A stretch of 64,000 nt of DNA from Candidatus Falkowbacteria bacterium. GTDB taxonomy: Bacteria > Patescibacteriota > Patescibacteriia > Patescibacteriales > WJLG01. Shown here in pieces: positions 8,537-18,531 of the stretch. Below the pieces are notes generated by a model. It saw only the letters and a list, made by a program, of their open reading frames with translations, made no database searches and was not told the origin of the DNA. The DNA is taken from NCBI GenBank assembly GCA_963747695.1, contig CAVVFV010000010.1, positions 325,618-389,617 of the forward strand, read 5' to 3'. Both the position numbers and the translations under genes were made by a program. How positions within the stretch are numbered: position 1 is the stretch's first letter; each line of letters opens with the position of its first letter.

Positions 8537-9094
8537 CTATTTTATTCGTTTTTCAACCTCGGCCAAAATTATCGCGAAAACCTGTTCGATCTCCAAATTT
8601 GTCGTGTCCAAAACGAACTCGTAATTTTTTAAATCAAAGACGTCAATGTTAAAATATTTGGCATAGCGCATTTTGTCGCTTTCCCGTCGGGCCATTAGGC
8701 TTTTCAAAACATCTTCCACCGATTGCAAATTTTTTCCTTCATTGCGCTCGCCGCTTTTTTGCAAGGCGCCAAAAATTCTTTTCGCGCCTTCGGTGAAAGA
8801 AACATCCAAATAAATTTTAAAAGATCGGGGGATAAAATACCAGGAAGTCCGGCCTTCAATGATAAAATTATCCTGCGTTTCACCCAGATTTTTTTGATAT
8901 TCATCGACTTCCAAATCAGTCGAGGGATCGGTTTCACCCAGCTTATTATATTCTGCCAAAGTCAGCCCGCGCTCCTTGGCCTTTTCCCGCCGGATGCCGC
9001 CGATATAATAACGCGGCCAGCCTAATTTGGCCGCCAGCATCTTAGCGATAGTTGATTTTCCCGAACCTTCAGCACCCGATATCGATATAATCAT
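8537..9094 (-). CDS. cmk: Cytidylate kinase-like nucleoside monophosphate kinase (archaeal-type)
   Basis: MIISISGAEGSGKSTIAKMLA P-loop at the N-terminus, IEGRTSWYF, 185 aa. Confidence 0.7.
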   Translation of the reverse strand: MIISISGAEGSGKSTIAKMLAAKLGWPRYYIGGIRREKAKERGLTLAEYNKLGETDPSTDLEVDEYQKNLGETQDNFIIEGRTSWYFIPRSFKIYLDVSFTEGAKRIFGALQKSGERNEGKNLQSVEDVLKSLMARRESDKMRYAKYFNIDVFDLKNYEFVLDTTNLEIEQVFAIILAEVEKRIK

Positions 9095-9244
9095 ATAAAT
9101 TCATCTTATCACCGGCCAGCGACAAACTCAATGTCATATTACATAAAATCCAAGATTCTAAGCACTAAATCCTAAACAAGCACAAAAATTCAAAATACAA
9201 AATTAGGAAACGTTTTGAATTTATGATTTTGAGCTTTGAATTTA

Positions 9245-9290
9245 GTCCCCTTTTGGGAGGGGTGGCCGCGCCGCGCGGACGGGGTGGGTT
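9245..9290 (+). repeat. E1 GC-rich palindromic repeat, copy 2
   Basis: gtccccttttgggaggggtggccgcgccgcgcggacggggtgggtt, upstream of smc. Confidence 0.8.
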
Positions 9291-9318
9291 AGGATTTCGG
9301 ATTTTGAGCTTCGAATTT

Positions 9319-9346
9319 TTGTAAATACTCTACTTTGCGGTATAAT
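9319..9346 (+). promoter_or_regulatory. Candidate sigma70-type promoter of smc
   Basis: TTGTAA (9319-9324), 16-nt spacer, TATAAT (9341-9346), 30 nt upstream of the ATG at 9377. Confidence 0.45.
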
Positions 9347-9376
9347 AATAAACTAAACGTTAAAACATTTCACGAT

Positions 9377-11998
9377 ATGTATTTGGAGAAGCTAGATATC
9401 CAGGGTTTTAAATCTTTCGCCAGCAAAAACACGCTGGTTTTTCCGGCTGGCAACAAAGAAAAGAAGGGAATTACGGTGATCGTCGGGCCGAACGGTTCGG
9501 GCAAATCCAACGTCGCCGACGCGGTGCGCTGGGTTTTGGGCGAACAGAGTATGAAGACCTTGCGCGCCAAAACCTCCGAGGATGTCATCTTTTCCGGATC
9601 TTCTTCCAAGGGCCAGCTGGGCATGGCTGAGGTTTCTTTGTATTTGAATAACGAAGACGGCCAAGCGCCGATCGATTTTTCGCAATTGGTTATTACCCGC
9701 CGCATCTACCGCGACGGGGAAAGCGATTATTTATTGAATGAAGCCAAGGTCCGGCTGGCGGATATCCAGATCCTCTTAGCCAAATCCGGCGTCGGCCAAA
9801 AAACTTACAGCGTGATCGGCCAAGGAATGGTGGAGTCCTTTTTGGCCACGACCGCGAGCGAGCGCAAAGAATTTTTCGATGAAGCCACCGGGGTGCGCCA
9901 ATTCCAGATCAAGCGCGAACAATCTTTATCCAAACTGATCGCGAGCTACGAAAATTCCGGGCAAGCCAATATGCTTTTAGCCGAAATCGAACCGCGCTTG
10001 AAAAGTCTAACCCGCCAAGTGAATAAACTGCGCCAGCGCGATGAGATTGAAACCGAATTGAAAAATATCCGCACCGGTTATTTCAAATTCGTCTGGCATA
10101 ATTTGAATGATAAATTTTCCGAATATAATAATAAATATTTATCTTTGGAAGAGATTTTACGCGGCAAAACCGCAGAATTATCGCGGCTTAACGCCGAACT
10201 CGGCAAAATGGAAGAAAGCCGCGAGACTGAAGAATACGATAGATTGAGCGCGCAAGCCGCGGAAATCCAAAAGCAGCGCGAAGAAATTTTAAAAAAGATC
10301 GCGGCCACCGACGCTGAACTGACCCTGCAGTTGGAGGCGTCGGGCAATTTTGATCTTTCCTGGCTCGTTAGCAAAGAAAGCGAACTGAAACAAGAAGTCG
10401 ATCATGCCGAAAAGGTTCTCGCCGATTTGCAGAACGAGTTAGCGGCGAAGAATAATTTGGTCAAGAATTTCAGCGATGAAAAAAAGGTCTTGAATGATAA
10501 AATCGAGGAGATGAATAAATCCTTGCGTGAATTGTCCGGCTCCGGCAAAGGCATCGCCCGCGATGAAAAGAAAATCGCTTCGCTCTTAAGCGAAATAAAA
10601 ATTGAATTGGAAAAATTGGAGGAAGAAAACGATCTAAATAAACTTAAAGAATCATTGGGCAGATTAAAGCCGCTTATTTCCCAGGTCATCGCTTTGAGCT
10701 CGGCGGGCGTCGATAATGAGGCGTTTTATGCCAAGCAGCATGAAATCCAGGAAGGCCTTTTGCGCTTAGCCAAGGAGAAAGAAGAGCTGATCGGTCGCGC
10801 GCTTGATCCGGAAATGGCCGCCAAGTCGCTCGAGGAAAAAATCAATTTGCTGAATGAAAATCGGCGCCGCCAAAAAAATGAGCTGGAAACTACTTCAGCT
10901 AAAATCAAATCAAGCGGCGAGAATAAAGGCGACACGGACGTCAAAGACAAAAAAAACAAGCTGGAAGTTGCCCTCAAGGAGATCGATTCGCAGGTCGGAG
11001 CGATAAAAGAAAAACTTAATGCCTTCAATCGGGAACGGGAAGAAAAACGCTCCCGGCTTTTCCGCCTCCAGCGCGAAGGCCAGAATTTGCAGCAAGAGAT
11101 CAATCGGCTTTCCAACGAACTCAATGTCATCAAGATCGATTCGGCCAAATATGAAACCCGCTTGGAAGATCTAGAAACTGAGATCCGCAAAAATTTCGCC
11201 GATCTCAAAGACATCAAGGAAACCCGGACGCCGGAAAATATCAATACTTTAGAAGCGGAAATCAAGATCCGCCAGCTGGAAAACCAGTTAAGCCTGATCG
11301 GCGGCATCGACCCGGAAGTGGAAAAGGAATATTCTGAAACCAAAACCAAATTTGATTTCTTAAAGGAGCAGGTCACCGATCTGGAAACGGCTATCGGCAC
11401 ACTGGAGGGAGTCATCAAGGAATTGGATGGCAAGATCAAAGAAAGATTCGACAAGGAATTCAAAGAGATCTGCCATAAGTTTGAAGAATATTTTAAAATC
11501 TTGTTCAATGGCGGTTCGGCCAAGATCATCAAGCTGGAAGATGAGGAAGACGTGGCAAAGTCAGATGGCACGACTGAAGAAAAGAAAGATGAGCAAAATG
11601 AATTGCAGGAAAAAATCAAACGGCTTTCCAAATATAATGCGACCGGTTTGGCTGGGATTGAGATCCAAGCCTGCCCGCCCGGCAAAAAAATAAATACCAT
11701 CAATATGCTCTCCGGCGGCGAAAAAGCCTTGACCGCGATCGCCTTGATTTGCGCCATTATCAGCGCCAATCCCTCGCCGTTCGTCTTCTTGGACGAAGTC
11801 GATGCGGCGCTCGATGAATCCAATTCCGAACGCCTGGCCAAAATCCTTGAAGACTTATCTTCCAAAACTCAATTCATCGTCATCACCCACAACCGCGCGC
11901 CGATGCACCGCGCCAACGTCCTCTACGGCGTGACGATGCAGGAAAACGGCGTCTCCAAACTATTGAGCATCAAGTTGGAGGATTATATCAAAAAATAG
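9377..11998 (+). CDS. smc: Chromosome segregation protein SMC (short coiled-coil form)
   Basis: MYLEKLDIQGFKSFA, Walker A GPNGSGKSN, signature LSGGEKALTAIAL, Walker B FVFLDEVDAALD. I used the ATG at 9377, not the track start at 9335. Confidence 0.9.
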   Translation: MYLEKLDIQGFKSFASKNTLVFPAGNKEKKGITVIVGPNGSGKSNVADAVRWVLGEQSMKTLRAKTSEDVIFSGSSSKGQLGMAEVSLYLNNEDGQAPIDFSQLVITRRIYRDGESDYLLNEAKVRLADIQILLAKSGVGQKTYSVIGQGMVESFLATTASERKEFFDEATGVRQFQIKREQSLSKLIASYENSGQANMLLAEIEPRLKSLTRQVNKLRQRDEIETELKNIRTGYFKFVWHNLNDKFSEYNNKYLSLEEILRGKTAELSRLNAELGKMEESRETEEYDRLSAQAAEIQKQREEILKKIAATDAELTLQLEASGNFDLSWLVSKESELKQEVDHAEKVLADLQNELAAKNNLVKNFSDEKKVLNDKIEEMNKSLRELSGSGKGIARDEKKIASLLSEIKIELEKLEEENDLNKLKESLGRLKPLISQVIALSSAGVDNEAFYAKQHEIQEGLLRLAKEKEELIGRALDPEMAAKSLEEKINLLNENRRRQKNELETTSAKIKSSGENKGDTDVKDKKNKLEVALKEIDSQVGAIKEKLNAFNREREEKRSRLFRLQREGQNLQQEINRLSNELNVIKIDSAKYETRLEDLETEIRKNFADLKDIKETRTPENINTLEAEIKIRQLENQLSLIGGIDPEVEKEYSETKTKFDFLKEQVTDLETAIGTLEGVIKELDGKIKERFDKEFKEICHKFEEYFKILFNGGSAKIIKLEDEEDVAKSDGTTEEKKDEQNELQEKIKRLSKYNATGLAGIEIQACPPGKKINTINMLSGGEKALTAIALICAIISANPSPFVFLDEVDAALDESNSERLAKILEDLSSKTQFIVITHNRAPMHRANVLYGVTMQENGVSKLLSIKLEDYIKK

Positions 11999-12085
11999 CT
12001 TAAAGTTTAAAAGTTTACTTTTCATCGACATCACATAATGGTATAATCTAAATTCATATAAGTTGTATAAAACTAGCCAACAAAA

Positions 12086-12105
12086 AAATCCGGGAAACCG
12101 GATTT
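12086..12105 (+). terminator. Hairpin downstream of smc
   Basis: aaatccgg-gaaa-ccggattt with a GNRA-like loop. The U-run is short. Confidence 0.4.
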
Positions 12106-12111
12106 AATCTG

Positions 12112-12258
12112 TTTACTAACTGACGGTGGCAAACTACCAAACCAAGAAAATAGAAATTTAATAGTAAATTCGAATTACATATTAATCGCCGCTAGCGGCT
12201 AATGAAGCTTAAGAGCCACTATCTTCAAAGTAGATAATTGCCACCGTCAATTAGTAAA
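12112..12258. repeat. 147-bp element closed by 21-bp inverted repeats (MITE-like or structured RNA)
   Basis: tttactaactgacggtggcaa (12112-12132) pairs with ttgccaccgtcaattagtaaa (12238-12258) with one mismatch. An internal palindrome gccgctagcggc is present. Confidence 0.6.
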
Positions 12259-12294
12259 ATTAATAAAATCGAATGCAAAAAAATGCGTTCGATT

Positions 12295-12702
12295 TTATTT
12301 TCTTCTAACCTCAATTCTTTTTTTAAGATCAATTACAAAAATACTGCCCCTCGTCTCGTCTTGAATTAGTTCGGGCACATACTTACCCTTTATCCTTGAT
12401 AAAGATAATTCGGAATTTAATTTAAAAAAATTGTGAGCCGAAATCCACGCGGTCTTATTCTTTTCATTATGATTCAAGGGGAAAGTTCCTTCGCCAAGCT
12501 CGTCTCCGCCTAACTGAAATCCAATAATTTCTGCATCCTTATCATAAAGCATTAGACATTTTTTAAATCTTGAAATTTCGTTTGCTCTATAAAAGCCGGA
12601 GTAAAATGAAATTGCTCCGCTTCCATTAATTCCAATATAATTACTTCCTACTCGAGAACCAAAACTTCTTACTTCAATAAAATTAGGCTTGAAATCAATC
12701 AT
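12295..12702 (-). CDS. Hypothetical protein (AT-rich orphan)
   Basis: 135-aa ORF, visibly more AT-rich than its neighbours. It is followed by hairpin aaaatcgaatgc/gcgttcgatttt at 12265-12295. No motif recognised. Confidence 0.55.
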   Translation of the reverse strand: MIDFKPNFIEVRSFGSRVGSNYIGINGSGAISFYSGFYRANEISRFKKCLMLYDKDAEIIGFQLGGDELGEGTFPLNHNEKNKTAWISAHNFFKLNSELSLSRIKGKYVPELIQDETRGSIFVIDLKKRIEVRRK

Positions 12703-12936
12703 AAATTTATATAATTAGTTATCTGTATTAAGTATAGCACCAAATTCCATAGTTTGCAATGGCTAAAAAAATTACTAATATTTAACATTTATCACGATTT
12801 AACAATCGCAATTTTTCAAAAATCTGCTTAAACAATGAAACAAAATCAGAAGTAACTTCAGTAGCTATTCTGATAGCAACACTTCAAACAACACCAAAAA
12901 ATTCAGAAACATCACCTTTATACTCTTGCGCTTTTT

Positions 12937-13018
12937 TGGTTCCGGCAGAGTCTCGCGCCAGCGGACTCGGCCGCAATTTTCATCAGAGTCCCCGAGGTGC
13001 GAGACTCTGACGAGGCCA
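12937..13018 (+). repeat. E2 GC-rich nested-stem element, copy 1
   Basis: tggttccggcagagtctcgcgccagcggactc...gagtccccgaggtgcgagactctgacgaggcca. Outer stem agagtctcgc/gcgagactct, inner stem ggactc/gagtcc. Homologous to 48599-48684. Confidence 0.7.
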
Positions 13019-13161
13019 AAAATTACCAATTACCAAAACAATTATTTTCGTTTCACAACAATATAGCAATTTAGCAATGTAACAATTTTTTGATATAATA
13101 AAAAAGTCTTTGTCATAAATATTTCTTCTCTCTTATCTCTTAATTCTTATCTGATCAAAAT

Positions 13162-14682
13162 ATGTCTTCCAAAATATTTTCCGCTGCAGTCGTCGGGCTG
13201 GATGCCGAGCTGGTCGAAGCCGAGGCTGACACTGGCGGAGGAGAATTCGGGAAAATTTTTCTGGTCGGCTTGCCGGACAAGGCCGTTTCCGAGGCTCGCG
13301 AACGGGTCAGATCCGCCATCAAGAATTCCAATTTCGAATTTCCTCACGTCTCGGTGACCGTCAATCTGGCGCCGGCCTATCTGCCCAAACACGGACCGTC
13401 TTTTGATCTGCCGATCGCCTTGAGTATTTTGCGCAAGAGCGGATTCATCTCCGAAAAAATTAATCTTGATGATTTTATTTTCACCGGCGAATTGGCTTTA
13501 AGCGGCGACCTGCGGCCGATTAATGGCGCTTTGCCCATCGCTTTGTGCGCCAAACGGCTGGGAAAAAAATTCTTATTCTTACCGGAAGAAAATGCCGCCG
13601 AGGCTAAATTGGCCAAAGAAATTACGGTAATCCCGGTTAAAAATTTATATCAGCTGGTCCTGCATTTACGGGGCGAAATCGCGATTCCCGAATTTCCTTA
13701 TCGCGATCCGGAACTTTATAACGTGCCGGTCGAATACGATATGAGCCACGTGAAAGGGCAGGAACACGTCAAGCGGGCGATGGAAATCGCCGCGGCCGGC
13801 GGCCATAATTTATTGATGTTCGGCCCGCCCGGCTCGGGCAAAACATTGCTCGCCAAAACTTTTCCTTCGATCCTGCCCGATCTGGCTTTTGCTGAAGCTT
13901 TGGAGGTTACTAAAATTTATAGCGTAGCCGGAAAACTGAAAGAAAAAAACGGGCTGATCAAATCACGCCCTTTCCGCGCCCCGCACCACACCGCTTCCAG
14001 CGCCGCTTTGGTCGGCGGCGGCGTTCAGCCGCAGCCGGGAGAAATATCGCTTGCTCACCGCGGCGTTTTATTTTTGGACGAATTTGCCGAATTTCCCCGC
14101 CCGGTTTTGGAGGCTTTGCGCCAGCCTTTAGAAGACGGCATCATCACCGTCAGCCGCGCCGCCGGTCATCTGGAATTTCCGGCCAAATTTATCTTGATCG
14201 CTTCGATGAATCCTTGTCCTTGCGGATACTACGGCGATCGTACCCGGACCTGCTCCTGCTCGGCGATGCAAATCCAGAATTACCGCAAAAAAATTTCCGG
14301 CCCGATCCTTGATCGCATCGATATGCATCTCGAGGTGCCCCGAGTGGAATTCAAAAAATTAGACGCCGACCTGCCCGGTGAAAATTCCCGCTTAATCAAA
14401 GACCGGGTGACGCGCGCCCGGGAAATCCAGACGGAAAGATTTAAGAAGGAAAAGATTTTTACCAACGCCGAAATGAGCTCGGAAAAAACCCGGCAATGCT
14501 GCGCCCTGGATGATGAAGCGAAAAAACTGATCAGTTCGGCCATCGAAACGCTCAACCTGTCCGCCCGTTCCTATTTCCGTTTGCTTAAACTGGCCCGGAC
14601 GATCGCTGATTTGGACGATGAACCATCAATCTCCACCGCTCATCTGGCCGAAGCCCTCCAATATCGGGAAAAAATCACCTAG
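13162..14682 (+). CDS. comM: Mg-chelatase-like ATPase ComM/YifB
   Basis: Lon-protease-like N-terminal domain, GPPGSGKTLLAK Walker A, VLFLDEFAEF Walker B, C-terminal ChlI-type region. 506 aa. Confidence 0.9.
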   Translation: MSSKIFSAAVVGLDAELVEAEADTGGGEFGKIFLVGLPDKAVSEARERVRSAIKNSNFEFPHVSVTVNLAPAYLPKHGPSFDLPIALSILRKSGFISEKINLDDFIFTGELALSGDLRPINGALPIALCAKRLGKKFLFLPEENAAEAKLAKEITVIPVKNLYQLVLHLRGEIAIPEFPYRDPELYNVPVEYDMSHVKGQEHVKRAMEIAAAGGHNLLMFGPPGSGKTLLAKTFPSILPDLAFAEALEVTKIYSVAGKLKEKNGLIKSRPFRAPHHTASSAALVGGGVQPQPGEISLAHRGVLFLDEFAEFPRPVLEALRQPLEDGIITVSRAAGHLEFPAKFILIASMNPCPCGYYGDRTRTCSCSAMQIQNYRKKISGPILDRIDMHLEVPRVEFKKLDADLPGENSRLIKDRVTRAREIQTERFKKEKIFTNAEMSSEKTRQCCALDDEAKKLISSAIETLNLSARSYFRLLKLARTIADLDDEPSISTAHLAEALQYREKIT

Positions 14683-14764
14683 CGAGCAACGAATTGATTA
14701 CTTTTTCTCTCATTTATGTTATAATGGAAATGGGAAATTATCACAATTACTCTCTTTTTCGTCT

Positions 14765-16135
14765 ATGAAAAACAAATTTTTTGGCTTGTTTCTCGTTTTA
14801 TGTTTTCTGCTGACTGCCGGCGCCGGTTGTACGACGACCGTCCCGCCTTCCAGCGTTAAACCGGTTGTCCTAACCTATTGGCGGACCTTTGATGATGAGG
14901 ATGCTTTTGCCACCATCATCGCCAATTACCAAAAAATCCATCCTTATGTCACCATCCAATATAAAAAATTCCGCTATGACGAATACGAAAGCCAGCTGAT
15001 CAACGCTCTGGCCGAAGATCGCGGCCCCGATATTTTTTCCATTCCGGCAAGCTGGGTCACGGAATACCAAAACAAGATTGTCCCTCTGCCGGCGCAATTG
15101 AGCTTGGTTTATCCGGTAACCACCGGCACGCTCAAAAAAACCACGGTCGCGGAATTACGCACCACCCCGAGCCTGACTTTGAAGGATTTAAAAACTAATT
15201 TTGTCGACATTGTTTATAATGATGCCGTTTTAAACAAGAATGGCGTTGACCAGATTTACGGCCTGCCGCTGTATATGGACACGATGGCGATGTATTACAA
15301 TACCGATCTTTTTAATAATGCCGGCATTTCCGAGCCGCCGCAATATTGGAATACTGAATTCCAGCAGGATGTAAAAAATTTAACCAAGCAAAACAATCAA
15401 GGCAATATCATCCAGTCCGGCGTGGCTTTAGGCGGCAGCGCCAATGTCCAGCGGCCGCAAGATATCCTGTCGCTCTTGATGATGCAAAATGGCGCGGTGA
15501 TGATGAACAATGGCACGGTGATGTTCCAGCAGATCCCGCCGGGCGGCCAGCAAAGCTATAACCCCGGTCTGGAAGCCTTGCGTTTTTATACGGATTTTTC
15601 CAATCCGGCCAAAGATGTTTATTGCTGGAACAGCAATCTGACTGATTCGCTGACGATGTTTGAACAGGGAAATCTGGCCATGATGTTCGATTATAATTAT
15701 GATTTGCCGACGATCAAAGCGGCGGCGCCGAAATTGAATTTTGCCATCGCCAAGATGCCACAGATCCAATTCAATACCAACCAAGTGAATTACGCCAATT
15801 ATTGGCTGGAAACTGTTTCCGCCAAAAGCAAGAATATCAACGAGGCGTGGGATTTTGTCCAATATGAAACCTCCCAGGATCAAGTCCAAAATTATTTAAA
15901 AGTAGCCCAAAAACCCACCGCTTTACGGGCTTTGATCAACTCGCAGGTTAATGATATAAATCTCGGCGTCTTTGCCAGCCAAGTGCTCACCGCCCAAAGC
16001 TGGTATCGCGGCGCCAACCCGCTGGCGGCGGATAATGCGATGATCGGAATGATCGACCAAGCGGTTAAAGACAGCAAAGATATCAATAATATCATCAATC
16101 AAGGCGCGGCCACCGTACAGCAGACGATCCAATAA
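14765..16135 (+). CDS. ABC transporter substrate-binding lipoprotein (sugar-type)
   Basis: Lipobox MKNKFFGLFLVLCFLLTAGAGC at the internal ATG 14765. Overall resemblance to the extracellular solute-binding family 1. The track start at 14618 overlaps comM and is rejected. Confidence 0.75.
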   Translation: MKNKFFGLFLVLCFLLTAGAGCTTTVPPSSVKPVVLTYWRTFDDEDAFATIIANYQKIHPYVTIQYKKFRYDEYESQLINALAEDRGPDIFSIPASWVTEYQNKIVPLPAQLSLVYPVTTGTLKKTTVAELRTTPSLTLKDLKTNFVDIVYNDAVLNKNGVDQIYGLPLYMDTMAMYYNTDLFNNAGISEPPQYWNTEFQQDVKNLTKQNNQGNIIQSGVALGGSANVQRPQDILSLLMMQNGAVMMNNGTVMFQQIPPGGQQSYNPGLEALRFYTDFSNPAKDVYCWNSNLTDSLTMFEQGNLAMMFDYNYDLPTIKAAAPKLNFAIAKMPQIQFNTNQVNYANYWLETVSAKSKNINEAWDFVQYETSQDQVQNYLKVAQKPTALRALINSQVNDINLGVFASQVLTAQSWYRGANPLAADNAMIGMIDQAVKDSKDINNIINQGAATVQQTIQ

Positions 16136-16234
16136 TCACGCAACACATATCACATAACACGTAACAAGAAGAATTCCCAATGCCTCGCGGAAAATAAATT
16201 GTTACGTGTTACGCGCTATGCGTTATATTTAAAA

Positions 16235-16654
16235 ATGTTCAAAATTAAATTGCCAAAAATATTATTAACCGCTTCGCTCTGGTTATGTTTTTTCCCGATC
16301 GTTGCTTTCGCCCAGGGAATTTTGCCGACCGAAACCGGTAAAGGCCCGTCTTGCGCTTCCAGCAATTGCGGGAATTATTCCTTGATGGATTTTCTCCAAT
16401 TAGCGGTGAAAATTTCCGATTGGATCCTCGGCTCGGTCGGGGCGATCGCTTTATTGTTCTTCGTCTACGGCGGCTTCGTCTTTATTCTTTCCGGCGGCAA
16501 CGAAGAAAGAGTCAAGGAAGGCAAACAAATATTAATCAATTCGATCATCGGCCTGGCTATCGTTTTCACCAGTTATATAATAATTAAATTTGCCGCCGGA
16601 CTTTTGGGCGCCGGAGTTACGCCCGGTTTGCAAATCAACGTTCCTACCAAGTAG
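16235..16654 (+). CDS. TrbC/VirB2-like (type IV secretion pilin-like) small membrane protein
   Basis: Signal peptide, Cys-containing region, then two hydrophobic helices separated by GGNEERVKEGKQ. This architecture is typical of CPR 'T4SS pilin' proteins. Confidence 0.55.
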   Translation: MFKIKLPKILLTASLWLCFFPIVAFAQGILPTETGKGPSCASSNCGNYSLMDFLQLAVKISDWILGSVGAIALLFFVYGGFVFILSGGNEERVKEGKQILINSIIGLAIVFTSYIIIKFAAGLLGAGVTPGLQINVPTK

Positions 16655-16673
16655 CAGCCGCCACATTTTCAGT

Positions 16674-17339
16674 ATGTTATTCAAAAGCAATAAGATCAAA
16701 GAGGATGAGGAGACCGTGGCGGAAAAATTGCGCGCCGCCCGAGAAGAGAAAAAAATTTCCCTGGCCGATGCTGCCAAACGTTTGGGCATCAATCGCGAAT
16801 ATCTGGCCGCGCTGGAGAATAGCGATTTTGCGGCCCTACCTAGCGGCGTTTACGTCAAGACATTTTTGCGCGAATATTCTGCTTTTCTCGGTTTGGATCC
16901 CGCGCGGCTGGCGAACAAGTATCAAAAAGAAAACGGTCCATTGGCCAACGAGAAGAAAGATGTTTTTTCGAAAAAGAAGGTAAGTAAACTGGAGCTACTG
17001 ATTTTTCCGCGAATTCTGAAGAACATCTTGTTGTTGATCGTCGCGGTAGTTCTTTTCTCTTATCTTGGCTATTATCTGCTCAATACTTTTTCTTTGCCTA
17101 AAGTGGAAATTTATCAACCGCCGGATAATCTGGTGACGCAAGATAATTTCGTCGATGTTATCGGCCGAGCCGATTCTAAAACTCAAATCACCATCAACGA
17201 CAAGCCAATCACCAAGGACGCTGACGGAAATTTTCAAGAAAGAATCAATCTGGACAAAGGCATTAACACCATTATAATTTCCGCCCAGGATAAATATAGC
17301 CGAAAAAAAATCATTACCAAACAAGTCCTGGTTAAATAG
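16674..17339 (+). CDS. RodZ-like HTH/transmembrane protein
   Basis: N-terminal HTH (LRAAREEKKISLADAAKRLGINREYLAALE), then YVKTFLREYSAFLGLDP, one TM helix and an extracytoplasmic beta-rich domain. Confidence 0.65.
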   Translation: MLFKSNKIKEDEETVAEKLRAAREEKKISLADAAKRLGINREYLAALENSDFAALPSGVYVKTFLREYSAFLGLDPARLANKYQKENGPLANEKKDVFSKKKVSKLELLIFPRILKNILLLIVAVVLFSYLGYYLLNTFSLPKVEIYQPPDNLVTQDNFVDVIGRADSKTQITINDKPITKDADGNFQERINLDKGINTIIISAQDKYSRKKIITKQVLVK

Positions 17340-17359
17340 TTATCTTCTTATTACTTTCT

Positions 17360-17914
17360 ATGAATAAACCAACTGGCGGCACTTCGCTGCTCGATGTCAA
17401 CTTCATAATGGAGAAAGCCCGCATCAAGGAAAGGATGAAAGTGGCCGATTTGGGTTGCGGCACCTCGGGACACTTTGTCTTCCCGGCCGCTAAAATCGTC
17501 GGACCGCATGGGATGGTCTATGCCGTTGATATCCTCAAACCCTCTTTGGAATCGATCGCCCGCCGCGCCCGACAGGAAAATATCCAAAACATCGCGACCG
17601 TCTGGAGCGACCTGGAAGTTTATCGCGCCACCAAAATCGAGGCCGAGAGCCTGGATGTTGCTTTGCTGATCAACACTTTATTCCATTCGCAAAAAAGAGC
17701 CGAGATCTTGCGCGAGTCTATCCGGATGATAAAAAGAGGCGGATATTTGCTGGTGGTGGAATGGGAAACCACTTCCTCGCCCTTCGGCCCGCCGCCGGAA
17801 AAAAGAGTGAAGATCGATCAATTAAAAAAAGTTGCCGAACAACTCGGCCTGAAGGTCGAGGAAGAATTCGATGCCGGAGAATTCCATTACGGCGTCCTTT
17901 TTACTAAAATATAG
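17360..17914 (+). CDS. Class I SAM-dependent methyltransferase
   Basis: VADLGCGTSGHFVFPAAKIVG motif I, 184 aa. Confidence 0.7.
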   Translation: MNKPTGGTSLLDVNFIMEKARIKERMKVADLGCGTSGHFVFPAAKIVGPHGMVYAVDILKPSLESIARRARQENIQNIATVWSDLEVYRATKIEAESLDVALLINTLFHSQKRAEILRESIRMIKRGGYLLVVEWETTSSPFGPPPEKRVKIDQLKKVAEQLGLKVEEEFDAGEFHYGVLFTKI

Positions 17915-17992
17915 CGCCCTTGCCAAAAAAACCGCCTTAATGCTAAGATAATCAATCATTCATTCAAATAATTAGCGATCAGCATCAATCTT

Positions 17993-18376
17993 ATGAGCAA
18001 CTTTTTAACCCTGCAGTTCTGGTTCGACCAAAATCCCGCGCCTTTAATCCCTTCAATGGCCCGCTTATTGCTGGCGATAATCGTCGTTTTCCTGATTGCC
18101 GCCGTCGTCTGCTATATTTTATACCGCCGCAAAGGATTTTACCGGCCGCTTTGGTACAAGATTATGAATTTCTGCGCCGGCGACGCGGTTATCGGCCTGA
18201 TCCTTTATTTCTTCAGCCAGCAGATGATCCCCTTCCTTTCCATGAAACTCTGGTATGGCCTCTGGGCGATCCTAATGATCGGTTGGGCGATCGTCATCGC
18301 GGTCTACGGAAAAAAATTACCCGCCAAGAGGAAACTTCTGGATCAAGAAAAAATGTTCAAAAAATATTTGCCTTAA
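17993..18376 (+). CDS. Hypothetical membrane protein
   Basis: 127 aa with three or four hydrophobic helices. Followed by a clean terminator. Confidence 0.55.
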   Translation: MSNFLTLQFWFDQNPAPLIPSMARLLLAIIVVFLIAAVVCYILYRRKGFYRPLWYKIMNFCAGDAVIGLILYFFSQQMIPFLSMKLWYGLWAILMIGWAIVIAVYGKKLPAKRKLLDQEKMFKKYLP

Positions 18377-18388
18377 ATATTCAGCATC

Positions 18389-18417
18389 AAACGTCCCGCT
18401 AGTCGGGACGTTTTTTT
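18389..18417 (+). terminator. Intrinsic terminator
   Basis: acgtcccg-ctagt-cgggacgt followed by ttttttt. Confidence 0.8.
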
Positions 18418-18531
18418 ATCGGGCGGCAACCGAAATAGTATCGCGCTCGAATAAACTATTCCCGGCAAACATCACGACAACTGGCCTGCCCTGCGGTATA
18501 ATATGATTTAATGTTACCCTTAAGTAATCAT

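Noticed and set aside
10726-11865. 379-aa minus-strand ORF (the largest unexplained ORF in the track)
   Set aside because: It is entirely antisense to smc. Its translation is Ser/Leu-rich low complexity, the mirror of a Glu/Lys-rich coiled-coil gene. I see no start context or motifs.
14618-14764. N-terminal 49-codon extension of the substrate-binding protein ORF
   Set aside because: It overlaps the 3' end of comM. The internal ATG at 14765 gives a canonical lipoprotein signal peptide (…LLTAGAGC).
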